From Candidatus Gottesmanbacteria bacterium (GTDB lineage: Bacteria > Patescibacteriota > Microgenomatia > UBA10105 > UBA927), in assembly GCA_016218255.1 (NCBI GenBank), contig JACREN010000007.1, forward strand, positions 1 to 62,971: 62,971 nt of DNA, read 5' to 3'. Shown here one piece after another: positions 29,538-38,409 of this stretch. The notes below the pieces were generated by a model that was not told where the DNA came from, did no database searches, and was given only the letters and a program-made list of their open reading frames with translations. The translations under genes were made by a program, and so were the position numbers. The stretch's first letter is position 1, and every line of letters starts with the position of its first letter.

Positions 29538-30326
29538 TTACAGCTTATTGGAAACGCGGTCATTTTTTCCCATAAATATTTCTTTCGTTCCATGATATCG
29601 GAGAATAAAATACTCTTTTATCAGCAACGGGTGCCGGGAAAGTGACAAAAACCGGTTTACGTCTGCCCGCTGAGAGATATGGGCTGCGAGTGCTTTCTTC
29701 TTCTTGTTCATAAATTTAGCGGTGTCAATAACTGTGGTAATTTTTTCGTCCGGGGTACCCTTCCATGGCTTGTTAAATAGCTCCTGAGGAATATTTTTCA
29801 TTTTCTTCAGATACGTCGCAATACTTTCTGGCATACAAATGTAATAAAGCTTCGGTAATGTATTTTCATCAACTGCCGGGCGGTCTTCCAATTGTTGAGC
29901 TACCCAAGCTGCATATTTCTGAAACGCATAGGTCGTAGAATAACAAAGCTTTATATGGTCGGGATGATTACTTACACCAGTGGTATCGAAGGTGATAACG
30001 CAATCCGGTATGAGCTCTAGCATCTTTCTGTATACAAAATCTTCAATGTCGCCGGGCGTCCGGGCTGCGAGTGTCCCGTCAATATAATCCAAAAAAGAAA
30101 CAGTATGAATACCGAGCACACTAGCAGCAAGTTGAACTTCTTTTTGACGGATACTACCAAGCGCCTCAGGCGCAAGAGCATCGTATGGTCCGGTTTCACC
30201 CCGTTCACCTCGCGTAGCACAGAGAAGATGCACGTCCCAACCGGCTTTAACGTATTTTGCTACCGTTCCCCCGCACGAAAACGATTCATCGTCTGGATGT
30301 GCAAATACAAGGAGTAGCTTCTTCAT
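29538..30326 (-). CDS. PIG-L/LmbE family N-acetylglucosaminyl deacetylase
   Basis: HPDDE and HPDH metal-binding motifs, TRGE, AHISQ. Confidence 0.9.
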   Translation of the reverse strand: MKKLLLVFAHPDDESFSCGGTVAKYVKAGWDVHLLCATRGERGETGPYDALAPEALGSIRQKEVQLAASVLGIHTVSFLDYIDGTLAARTPGDIEDFVYRKMLELIPDCVITFDTTGVSNHPDHIKLCYSTTYAFQKYAAWVAQQLEDRPAVDENTLPKLYYICMPESIATYLKKMKNIPQELFNKPWKGTPDEKITTVIDTAKFMNKKKKALAAHISQRADVNRFLSLSRHPLLIKEYFILRYHGTKEIFMGKNDRVSNKL

Positions 30327-30342
30327 ACGTGCATTTTACCAC

Positions 30343-30380
30343 AAAAAAAGAAACCTCCCCATTTCAGGAAAGGTTTCTTT
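30343..30380 (-). terminator. Intrinsic terminator after the DUF378 gene
   Basis: AAAGAAACCT/AGGTTTCTTT stem with a T run on the minus strand. Confidence 0.8.
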
Positions 30381-30394
30381 CGCCTCTGCATTAT

Positions 30395-30598
30395 TTATTT
30401 TTTCCCTTTTGCGGTCATTTTATACAATGAATACAATCCTGCCAGACCGACGAGAATGTAAACGAGCTGCACCAAAGCAGGACTCGTTCCTAATACTGTC
30501 TGTACTAAATCCAGCTTAAATGCTCCAACCAGACCCCAATTTAATGCTCCCACCGTTACTAAAACATATACCAACCAATCTACTTCTTTCATTTTCAT
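30395..30598 (-). CDS. DUF378-type small membrane protein
   Basis: VGALNWGLVG and YILVGLAG motifs; SD-like GGGGGGTGA upstream. Confidence 0.88.
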   Translation of the reverse strand: MKMKEVDWLVYVLVTVGALNWGLVGAFKLDLVQTVLGTSPALVQLVYILVGLAGLYSLYKMTAKGKK

Positions 30599-30678
30599 TT
30601 TCTATCACCCCCCATCCAATACAAGCGTAGTAGATACAACTGCCGACTGTCAAGATACGTCATGATACAATTAAAAAG

Positions 30679-31551
30679 ATGAAGTCCATTCCCATTCTCT
30701 ATCCCGATGATTGGAAAACGTACGAGCTCGTAGACAGCGGTATGGGCGAAAAACTCGAACGATTTGATCACTACACCGTCGTCCGGCCCGACCCAAGAAT
30801 TCTGTGGGAAAGAAACCAACCTAAAGAATTATGGGACAAAGCAGACGCAACATATAAGCGAGCAAACCCCACAAACGGGAGCTGGTATCAGAGGCAGCCG
30901 CCGCCTTCCCCTTGGACGCTGAACTATAGACACCTTTCATTTTTGCTCAAGCCCACAAGCTTTAAACACGTCGGCATTTTTCCAGAGCAGGCAGTCAACT
31001 GGGATTGGATATCTGATAAAATTTCGAAACGTCCTCTTCGCATTTTAAATCTGTTTGGGTATACCGGAGCCGCTACTTTGGCAGCAGCAGCAGCAGGAGC
31101 CCATGTAACACACGTCGATTCTGCCAAAAGCACCATCGGATGGGCACGCGAAAACGCCCAATATTCAAGATTGTCAGACAAACCCATCCGCTGGATAGAA
31201 GACGACGCATATTCATTTGTTCTCCGCGAGGCAAAACGGGGAAATACATATGATGGTATCATTCTGGATCCTCCAAGATTTGGCAGAGGAAGCAAAGGAG
31301 AAATCTGGAAAATCGAGAATGACCTGCCAAATCTACTTTCTGCATGTCGAAGTATTTTGTCTGATACCCCACAATTTGTTGTTGTCAATGCATACACAGC
31401 TGACTTATCTGCACTTGTTATCTATCAATTGCTCTTGGACACTATGCATGACCTCAGAGGAAATCACTCATTTGGTGAATTAGCACTCAAAGAATCAGAA
31501 AGCGATCGGATGGTGCCAAGCGGTATTTTTGCCCGGTGGTCAATCTCCTAA
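30679..31551 (+). CDS. Class I SAM-dependent methyltransferase (RlmI/RlmK-like)
   Basis: GIFPEQ, LNLFGYTG and ILDPP motifs. Confidence 0.9.
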   Translation: MKSIPILYPDDWKTYELVDSGMGEKLERFDHYTVVRPDPRILWERNQPKELWDKADATYKRANPTNGSWYQRQPPPSPWTLNYRHLSFLLKPTSFKHVGIFPEQAVNWDWISDKISKRPLRILNLFGYTGAATLAAAAAGAHVTHVDSAKSTIGWARENAQYSRLSDKPIRWIEDDAYSFVLREAKRGNTYDGIILDPPRFGRGSKGEIWKIENDLPNLLSACRSILSDTPQFVVVNAYTADLSALVIYQLLLDTMHDLRGNHSFGELALKESESDRMVPSGIFARWSIS

Positions 31552-31817
31552 CGCACCACATCTCCATGCTCTTGAATCTTCGTGTCTTCGTACGGTCCGA
31601 TGACCCTCCTATACAATTCCTGGGTAACAGCAGATAGGACACCCAAGGCACGATTGAGATGAAAATACTTTACTGGATACAACGACCGGATGATTTTTGT
31701 GATTGAATAGTTCAATGCTCCATCCTGGTCTTCAATAGATACTGACTGTAAATGGTTAATAAGTGGACCAAGTAGGGCATCAAGTTTCGGACGCTGTTCC
31801 TTTCTAATGTATGGCAT
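31548..31817 (-). CDS. Small conserved protein of the MPYI...G.LNY...YRR...PYED.K type (DUF6899-like)
   Basis: Recognisable MPYI, GALNY and YRRVIGPYEDTKI motifs; extended -10 TGcTAGAAT 7 nt upstream. Confidence 0.75.
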   Translation of the reverse strand: MPYIRKEQRPKLDALLGPLINHLQSVSIEDQDGALNYSITKIIRSLYPVKYFHLNRALGVLSAVTQELYRRVIGPYEDTKIQEHGDVVR

Positions 31818-32005
31818 ATATCTATTCTAGCAGATCCGTCAAACGAAAGCGGCTGGGATAATATCCGTATTTCAGGTATAATAACGGTACTTTGGGAGGT
31901 CGTATAACGGTAGTACTCATCCCTCTGGAGGATGATATCTTGGTCCGAATCCAAGCCTCCCAGCCAACAAGCAGAGTAGCAAATATAAAATATTTTTAAC
32001 TGTTT

Positions 32006-32500
32006 ATGCCAAATGAAGCGAAATTCGATATTACCCCTGACCAGATAAGTAATATTGGGCTTCACTTAAGAAATGAAGACCCGGACTATATTTGGGGCGT
32101 AGGTGACTTTAGAAATGCAATTTTTGAGTTCTTGGTAACACAGCACAAATTACCCTGGGATGAAAGCATTGGATGTCCAGACTGGGATGATCCTTTAGTA
32201 AAAGAGCTATATCGTTCATTTACAGAATGTTTACAATTGGAAAATGAGACTGAATATATTGATGATGCAAAAGCACATTGTATAACCGAAGACTGTGATT
32301 GGGAAGCAATAGGTCAAGCCAAAGTTGAAAGAGCAGACAGAATTCTTACCGAGTGCGATTTAACCAATAAATGTCGTCAGCATCACTTAGAAAGTGGAAA
32401 AATGACAAAACACAATCGTTTTACTCTTTATGTAAATAATAACCAGGTAGGCATGGCATCAGTCAGCTCACAGGTTTGTACCGGTTACATTGAACCCTAA
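32006..32500 (+). CDS. Hypothetical Cys/His-rich protein (ORFan-like)
   Basis: Clean 164-aa ORF, visibly richer in AT than its neighbours; no family recognised. Confidence 0.65.
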   Translation: MPNEAKFDITPDQISNIGLHLRNEDPDYIWGVGDFRNAIFEFLVTQHKLPWDESIGCPDWDDPLVKELYRSFTECLQLENETEYIDDAKAHCITEDCDWEAIGQAKVERADRILTECDLTNKCRQHHLESGKMTKHNRFTLYVNNNQVGMASVSSQVCTGYIEP

Positions 32501-32555
32501 TTTAATTCACCAATACAGAGAAAGACTCTAGACCCGCGTGCTCAACCAGAATTTC

Positions 32556-33035
32556 ATGAATAAAATATACCCCAGAAAAGAAGCTAGGATACCGTTTACC
32601 AAAGACGGATATCAAAAAATATTGTCAGAGAAGGCGAAGCTTCTGTCCGAGCGGCCGGAGGCCGTAGAACATCTTCGTAAATCTCGAGAGATGGGAGATC
32701 TCTCAGAAAACGGATATTACAAAGCCAGTCGTGCCCGATTGTCATTTCTGGATGCACGCCTTCGTCGCGTTGATCGACTTATCAAATTAGGAATAATTGT
32801 AGAATCAATAAGAAGCGGAAGCGTAGACATAGGTAGCCATGTCACAATAACAGACGGGATAAAACAAATGAAATATTCCATAGTTGGGGGGTACGAATCC
32901 GATCCATCCACACAAACAATTTCTCATCTCTCTCCTCTTGGCAAAGCACTCATCGGGAAAAAAGCAAATGATGTTGTCGCCGTACAGACACCGTCTGGTC
33001 CTAAGTCTTACACTATTCTTGCGGTAAACCGATAA
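32556..33035 (+). CDS. Second GreA/GreB family factor
   Basis: FTKDGY, GDLSENGYY and ISHLSPLGKALIG motifs; start set to ATG 32556. Confidence 0.92.
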   Translation: MNKIYPRKEARIPFTKDGYQKILSEKAKLLSERPEAVEHLRKSREMGDLSENGYYKASRARLSFLDARLRRVDRLIKLGIIVESIRSGSVDIGSHVTITDGIKQMKYSIVGGYESDPSTQTISHLSPLGKALIGKKANDVVAVQTPSGPKSYTILAVNR

Positions 33036-33840
33036 TGCCGCGACCAAATAGCGCAAGTAATCCATCGCGTTCAAGTTCATGAATCATAACACTGAGAAAT
33101 GCGCGGGACTTACCATATCTCTTTTGAAAATCCACTATAAGCGCATTTCGTGACGTATTTCCCTGTCTCAATTGATCGATTATCCTCCCCCGGTAAAACC
33201 TGTTAGACTCGCGGAATGGAATTATTTTCTTTTGTGATACTTGACCCATGACACGTGATACATTCAACTCAAGGGATCCATAATCCATAAGAGCCTGGTG
33301 CCATTCCCAGGATTTGGCTTTGGGGACCAATTGATCTGCCACAGACTGAATAACGGATCCTTGTTGCGGTATATCCTCAAAAAAGAAATGAGTGATGATT
33401 TGGCGAATATTTGTATCTACCATAGCAATATTTTTTTTATAAGCGAACACCAATATTGCTCGAGCAGTATATATACCCAAACCGGGTAGTTTAATCAATA
33501 CTTCATAGCTCTTTGGGAAATGACCATTATATTCATTGCAAATTATTTGCGCTGTTTTGAGTAAATAAAGTGCACGGCGATTATACCCCATCCCTTTCCA
33601 AACCCGCAATACACGATCTGGGCTTGCCTGTGCCAGTGCAAACACCGTGGGAAATAAATCAAGAAATTCCTGGTACTTCGGCAAAACCCGCGACACCTGC
33701 GTCTGCTGAAGCATGATTTCTGAAATAAAGATGTGGTACGGATCATGAGTTCTCCGCCACGGGAGATCGCGTTTATTTTTGTCCCACCAAAAAAATATGA
33801 CATTCTGAAATTTTTTAATTTGTTTCTGCGACAACTTCAT
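33013..33840 (-). CDS. mutY: A/G-specific adenine glycosylase MutY-like, without the 4Fe-4S motif
   Basis: LPWR, SEIMLQQTQV, GMGYNRRA, HhH LPGLGIYTA and VDTNI; no Cys cluster after ALMDYG. Confidence 0.88.
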   Translation of the reverse strand: MKLSQKQIKKFQNVIFFWWDKNKRDLPWRRTHDPYHIFISEIMLQQTQVSRVLPKYQEFLDLFPTVFALAQASPDRVLRVWKGMGYNRRALYLLKTAQIICNEYNGHFPKSYEVLIKLPGLGIYTARAILVFAYKKNIAMVDTNIRQIITHFFFEDIPQQGSVIQSVADQLVPKAKSWEWHQALMDYGSLELNVSRVMGQVSQKKIIPFRESNRFYRGRIIDQLRQGNTSRNALIVDFQKRYGKSRAFLSVMIHELERDGLLALFGRGIIGLPQE

Positions 33841-33855
33841 GTACTGTAGTATTCT

Positions 33856-33889
33856 AAAAGGCCTCCTCTTGCTAAGCAAGAAGAGGCCT
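33856..33889 (-). terminator. Terminator after the DUF5666-like gene
   Basis: 14-bp stem (one G-U pair) AGGCCTCTTCTTGC/GCAAGAGGAGGCCT followed by TTTT on the minus strand. Confidence 0.75.
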
Positions 33890-33910
33890 AATAAATTTTG
33901 TTTACTTTCT

Positions 33911-34606
33911 TTACGTCTTGGGTGTTGGCGAAGGTTTCACTGGTGAATTAAAATCTTTTACATGCGTCACTTCTGTGACCGTGTTATTTGCCCGATCCCA
34001 CAACCCTTTCACACGTACCCTATGACCTACCACAATATCTGTCTGACCGATCGCTTCTTCTTTACGATTCACAAACTTGGTCAAAGAAGATACCACGACG
34101 GTCTCGTCTGGCCGTTTTTCATTGACTGTACTCATCACCCAACCACTGGTGGTCAATGATTTTACCACTCCCACAAACACACCAAATCGTTTCTCGATCG
34201 ATGCGTCGCGCACGAGCTTGGCATTGATAGTCGTCTTTGCGTCATCTGCCCATAAGCCAATGACGTTCAGTATATCGCCGAGCTGCATCTCATCGAGCGT
34301 CGCCTTGCCCCAAAATCTGCGGCGAAACTGCGTGTTGCTATCGGTTACGACGACATATGACTTACCGTCTTTCTCAACGGTCAAGGTCGTGCCGTTTTTC
34401 GCGGTCAATTTGCCGCTACCGATGGCCGCCCTGCCCCTTTTTAAAAATTCTCGGAGAATCCCAGGGCGGGATCCAGCTTTTTCTCGAAGATCTTCTTTAA
34501 TTTCTTTCCGAACGTCTGTCCGCATATTTTCTGCAGCCACCTGCGGCACGATCGAAAGACCGAGCACTGCTGCTGCAGCTAAACTAAAAAATTGAGTTTT
34601 TATCAT
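33911..34606 (-). CDS. Secreted protein with two repeated beta domains (DUF5666-like)
   Basis: Signal peptide; two repeats of T.F...G..V.V.G; strong SD GGAGGTG. Confidence 0.75.
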   Translation of the reverse strand: MIKTQFFSLAAAAVLGLSIVPQVAAENMRTDVRKEIKEDLREKAGSRPGILREFLKRGRAAIGSGKLTAKNGTTLTVEKDGKSYVVVTDSNTQFRRRFWGKATLDEMQLGDILNVIGLWADDAKTTINAKLVRDASIEKRFGVFVGVVKSLTTSGWVMSTVNEKRPDETVVVSSLTKFVNRKEEAIGQTDIVVGHRVRVKGLWDRANNTVTEVTHVKDFNSPVKPSPTPKT

Positions 34607-34638
34607 TTATATACTTCACCTCCCCTTCCATACAGTAG

Positions 34639-34665
34639 TACGCAAGAGAGGCCAATAAAGTTTCA
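34639..34665 (-). promoter_or_regulatory. ECF (SigW-like) promoter
   Basis: TGAAAC-N17-CGTA on the minus strand, about 30 nt upstream of the DUF5666-like ATG. Confidence 0.6.
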
Positions 34666-34702
34666 CCGCATAGCTTCACGTGAGGCGTAAACAATCGAGA
34701 AG

Positions 34703-35119
34703 CTATTGTCCTGAGACGTAGGTAACAACGAGGTCTTTCTCGGCGACATTACCACTCTCATCATTCACCATAACGATAATGAAATTTTCCCCTTCGTCAA
34801 GAGTCAAGGAACCGGAAAAATTCCCAGTCGCATCTGCGCGCATTTCCAGTTCGTTGATAAACACCTCTGCTTTCGGCGCAGTCGTCCCGCGCACAGTAAG
34901 CGCAGGCGTGGTCACGGTCGCCCCATCAACAGGAGCCAAAACAGACAGTAAAAGTTCATTTACCGCCGCTGGATTCAATTCCTCGAACGCGTTCGGCGTC
35001 GGAGCCGCAACGCGAGCCTCCTGGCGCACGGACGTCACACTATTCTTTCGCAGTAATATAAACAATCCTATTCCGACTCCAACAGCGATAACGACAATTC
35101 CCACAATCATTTTCTTCAT
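34703..35119 (-). CDS. Membrane-anchored protein with an Ig-like domain
   Basis: N-terminal TM; LTVRGTT, ADATGNFS and LTLDEGEN Ig-like strands. Confidence 0.8.
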   Translation of the reverse strand: MKKMIVGIVVIAVGVGIGLFILLRKNSVTSVRQEARVAAPTPNAFEELNPAAVNELLLSVLAPVDGATVTTPALTVRGTTAPKAEVFINELEMRADATGNFSGSLTLDEGENFIIVMVNDESGNVAEKDLVVTYVSGQ

Positions 35120-35141
35120 ATATATCCTCCGTAATACATTA

Positions 35142-35528
35142 CTATCTTTTCTTACCCAACTTTATAATAAATTGCAATTTCTTTCGAATGATGTTGCGGC
35201 GGCGGCGGGTAAGCAAAAATACCGCAAAAATAATGCCAATCACCACTATAGCACGAAAAATTGTGCCCTGCGGCAACTCCGCAATAATGATATCAGCTGT
35301 ATCTCTCCAGTATTCCCTGATAATCTCACGATCCTCTCTTAGCAATCCTAAAAGCTCCAGCGTTCCACGTTCCGCGATAAGTTGCCCTCCGCGCCACAGA
35401 AAGTAAAGAAGCACTACACTCAATAACCCGATACCAAGGCGGAACATCCAAAGCCAACAGTGCGTCCTAAATTTTTCAAAACCCACCACACGATCCATCA
35501 CGCGATCCGATACATCAAGAGTTTTCAT
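35142..35528 (-). CDS. Putative anti-sigma factor membrane protein
   Basis: Overlaps the 3' end of the ECF sigma gene; short cytoplasmic N-terminus (DRVMDRV) and two TMs. Confidence 0.65.
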   Translation of the reverse strand: MKTLDVSDRVMDRVVGFEKFRTHCWLWMFRLGIGLLSVVLLYFLWRGGQLIAERGTLELLGLLREDREIIREYWRDTADIIIAELPQGTIFRAIVVIGIIFAVFLLTRRRRNIIRKKLQFIIKLGKKR

Positions 35529-36054
35529 ATGATATGAGTGCCCGCAGAAAAACTTTCGCCCGAGATAAATGTGTTCGTACTGTATTGACCGGCATACGCA
35601 ATTTTCTACTTATTTCTTCATACGATAAATCCTTATAATAGTAAAGGGTGATAACACGCCTATATTTCTCATCAAGTTCTGCCAAACGCCTCTCCATAGC
35701 CTGGGCCTGATCCCGGTCAAACAGTTTTTCGTACAAAAGCTCATCCACCGCAAGCTCTGCAACGTCATCCAATGAAACCTGCTTTTTTTGTCGGCGCAAA
35801 TACGAAAATGCCGTATTTTTGGCTATAGAAAATACGTAAAATGAAAACTTTCTTTTTGTATCCACCCGATCTACTGTTTTGTACAGATTCACAAAACTAT
35901 CCTGCACTACATCTTGGGCAACCTCAGGATCACGGACCAAATGCATAACAAACGAAAAAAGACGAGACTGATACCGACGAACTATATTCTCGAATGCCAA
36001 TATATCCCCATCTTGAACATCCCGAATATATTCTTCATCCCGTTTTTCCATCAT
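35515..36054 (-). CDS. ECF RNA polymerase sigma factor
   Basis: AQDVVQDSF, region 2 (F..Y...IAKN), region 4 LSYEEIS...VNTVRTHLSRA. Confidence 0.93.
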   Translation of the reverse strand: MMEKRDEEYIRDVQDGDILAFENIVRRYQSRLFSFVMHLVRDPEVAQDVVQDSFVNLYKTVDRVDTKRKFSFYVFSIAKNTAFSYLRRQKKQVSLDDVAELAVDELLYEKLFDRDQAQAMERRLAELDEKYRRVITLYYYKDLSYEEISRKLRMPVNTVRTHLSRAKVFLRALISYENS

Positions 36055-36084
36055 AGATCCGTCAATTATAGTACAATACGCTAT

Positions 36085-36945
36085 ATGAAATCTGGCATAG
36101 TCGCCATTATCGGTCGACCAAATGTAGGCAAATCAACGCTTTTAAACGCAATCCTGAAACACAAGGTGTCCATCACATCACCGAAGCCCCAAACCACCCG
36201 GTTTAATATACAGGCAGTCTATGAAGACGATCGAGGACAGATAATTTTTGTTGACACACCCGGAATTTTCGCCCAAGTCGATGACCCTCTGGCCAGAAAA
36301 ATCAATTTAAAAGCTGAAGAGTCGTTTGATCTTGGTGTGGATCTCGTACTTTATGTCGTTGATCACACGAGGCAACGGGATGTTGAAGAAAATAAGACAT
36401 TGGGGATCGTTCGTAGGGCTAAAGCACCAAAAATTCTCGTTATAAACAAGTCAGATGTAAAAGAGCCGACTCATATTGTGCAATATAAATTTCTTGAAGA
36501 TGAATTTGATACCATCATTCACGTTTCTGCATTAAGCACACACAATATGCCCACATTGTTGGATGCAATATTTGAATATTTGCCGGAAAAGGATCCGCTT
36601 GTGGACAGATCAATACTTGCACAACCTGCACTCAATATGGATAGTAAAATGTTTATTGCAGAGATCATACGCGAAAAAGCCTTTCTATTCCTCCGAAGCG
36701 AAGTACCTTATTCATTGACTTCAATTACAGATGATGTCGTCGAGCGGGATAACGGATCTCTGTATATAAAAGCAAGAATTATCACCTCAGCAGACCGCTA
36801 TAAATCCATGATTATCGGCAAAAATGGCTTCATGATAAAAGAAATCAGCATGGCGGCGAGGAAAGAGTTGGAAACGGCAACCGGCAAAAAAGTCTTTCTT
36901 GAATTAACCGTGGAAACCGATCCCCACTGGATGGAATATCTGTAA
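36085..36945 (+). CDS. era: GTPase Era
   Basis: GRPNVGKST, DTPG, NKSD and a KH domain; start set to MKSGI. Confidence 0.96.
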   Translation: MKSGIVAIIGRPNVGKSTLLNAILKHKVSITSPKPQTTRFNIQAVYEDDRGQIIFVDTPGIFAQVDDPLARKINLKAEESFDLGVDLVLYVVDHTRQRDVEENKTLGIVRRAKAPKILVINKSDVKEPTHIVQYKFLEDEFDTIIHVSALSTHNMPTLLDAIFEYLPEKDPLVDRSILAQPALNMDSKMFIAEIIREKAFLFLRSEVPYSLTSITDDVVERDNGSLYIKARIITSADRYKSMIIGKNGFMIKEISMAARKELETATGKKVFLELTVETDPHWMEYL

Positions 36946-36974
36946 TAGCAACACGAACGACACAAGTTGCTTAG

Positions 36975-38366
36975 TTACTTAGCAAGAGATAAACGAATCA
37001 AGGTGTCTTCTTTTCCTAAAATCTCTAATGATTCCAAGAGAGGCGGGCCTACGGTTTTACCGGTGATAGCAACACGAAGCTCCATAAATACATCTTTCGC
37101 CTTCATTCCCGCTTTCTCCGTCTCCAGTCGAATTGCCGCTTCCATCGCATCATGGTTCCACTCAGTAGATTCGAGCGCTTTGCTGGCAATTCCCACTAAT
37201 TTTTTGTCAACTGGCCGTTCAAACTCCTCAGGCCGAATAAAGAAAAATTCTGCCAATGACCGGTATTCAGCAAGCGTCTTCATTCGTTCGATAACCAGCG
37301 GAATTGTCCGCTCGATTAAATTTTGATCATACTTTCCATTATAAAAATCAAAAATTTGAACTTTGAGTTTTGAACTTTGAGTTTTCCGTAGATATTCTCC
37401 GTTCATCCAGCGCAATTTCTCAATATCAAATATCGGCGCCGTTGTCTGTATAGCCAAAAGGTTAAACGCGCCAACCATCTCCAAAACTGAAAAAATTTCC
37501 TTCCCATCCGGATGCATCCATGCCATAGTCGCCAGATAATTCAGTATCGCTTCCGGTAAAAATCCTTTATTTATGTAATCTCCTACCCAGACGGGATTTT
37601 TGCGTTTCGATAATTTACTTTTATCCGGATTACGAAGTAAGGGCATGTGAGCAAACAGCGGAGGCTTCCACCCAAAAAATTGGTACAGAAGTACATGCTT
37701 GGGGGTGGAAGAAATCCATTCCTCGCCGCGAATAATATGGGAGATTTTCATTAGATGATCATCCACAACGACACCAAGATGATACGTCGGATACCCGTCA
37801 GATTTCAAAAGCACCTGATCGTCAATGAGTTTATTTTCAAACGAAATATCACCGCGTATCTCATCGTGAAACACCGTGACACCCTCATCGGGAACTCTCA
37901 ATCGGATCACACATGGTTCTTTTTGAGCATTGAGTTTTGAGCTTTGAGTTTTGAGTTCGCGACACCTCCCGTCATACATCGGTGCCTCGTGATTTGCCTC
38001 CTGATCTTTCCGCATGGCAGCAAGCCTGTCAGATGTACAGAAGCAATAATATGCATGACCTTTTTCAATTAATTCTTCAGCGTATTTTTTATATACTTCC
38101 AACCGTTCCGACTGGCGGTAAGGGTTAAACGGGCCGCCTATATCCGGACCTTCTGCGTGCCTGAGACCCAGCCATGCAAGCGACGCTAAGATTCGCTCTT
38201 CACTTCCTTCCACAAATCTGGTTTTATCGGTGTCTTCGATGCGGATGACAAATTCTCCGCCGTATTTTTTGGCAAAAACATAATTTATGAGCGCGGTATA
38301 GGCATTGCCGATATGCAGGTCCTGACCCGTTGGAGATGGAGCAATGCGCGTTCGAACTGTATTCAT
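36975..38366 (-). CDS. gltX: Glutamate--tRNA ligase
   Basis: RIAPSPTG, HIGN, RIEDTD and KLSKR motifs; start set to MNTVR. Confidence 0.97.
   Translation of the reverse strand: MNTVRTRIAPSPTGQDLHIGNAYTALINYVFAKKYGGEFVIRIEDTDKTRFVEGSEERILASLAWLGLRHAEGPDIGGPFNPYRQSERLEVYKKYAEELIEKGHAYYCFCTSDRLAAMRKDQEANHEAPMYDGRCRELKTQSSKLNAQKEPCVIRLRVPDEGVTVFHDEIRGDISFENKLIDDQVLLKSDGYPTYHLGVVVDDHLMKISHIIRGEEWISSTPKHVLLYQFFGWKPPLFAHMPLLRNPDKSKLSKRKNPVWVGDYINKGFLPEAILNYLATMAWMHPDGKEIFSVLEMVGAFNLLAIQTTAPIFDIEKLRWMNGEYLRKTQSSKLKVQIFDFYNGKYDQNLIERTIPLVIERMKTLAEYRSLAEFFFIRPEEFERPVDKKLVGIASKALESTEWNHDAMEAAIRLETEKAGMKAKDVFMELRVAITGKTVGPPLLESLEILGKEDTLIRLSLAK
37355..37382. repeat. 7-bp tandem repeat x4 (TTTGAAC/TTTGAGT) in gltX
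   Basis: tttgaac tttgagt tttgaac tttgagt; encodes KTQSSKLKVQ. Confidence 0.85.
37922..37956. repeat. 7-bp tandem repeat x5 (consensus TTTGAGY) in gltX
   Basis: tttgagc attgagt tttgagc tttgagt tttgagt; encodes ELKTQSSKLNAQ. Confidence 0.85.
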
Positions 38367-38409
38367 CAACATTGATTCTAACACTCTGTCACCGTATACT
38401 CAAAGAGCC

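Noticed and set aside
31712-32065. 117-aa minus-strand ORF
   Set aside because: Overlaps two better-supported genes and their promoter region; no motifs.
36947-36974. AGCAAC/GTTGCT hairpin as an era/gltX terminator
   Set aside because: Only 6 bp with a 13-nt loop and no U tract on either strand.
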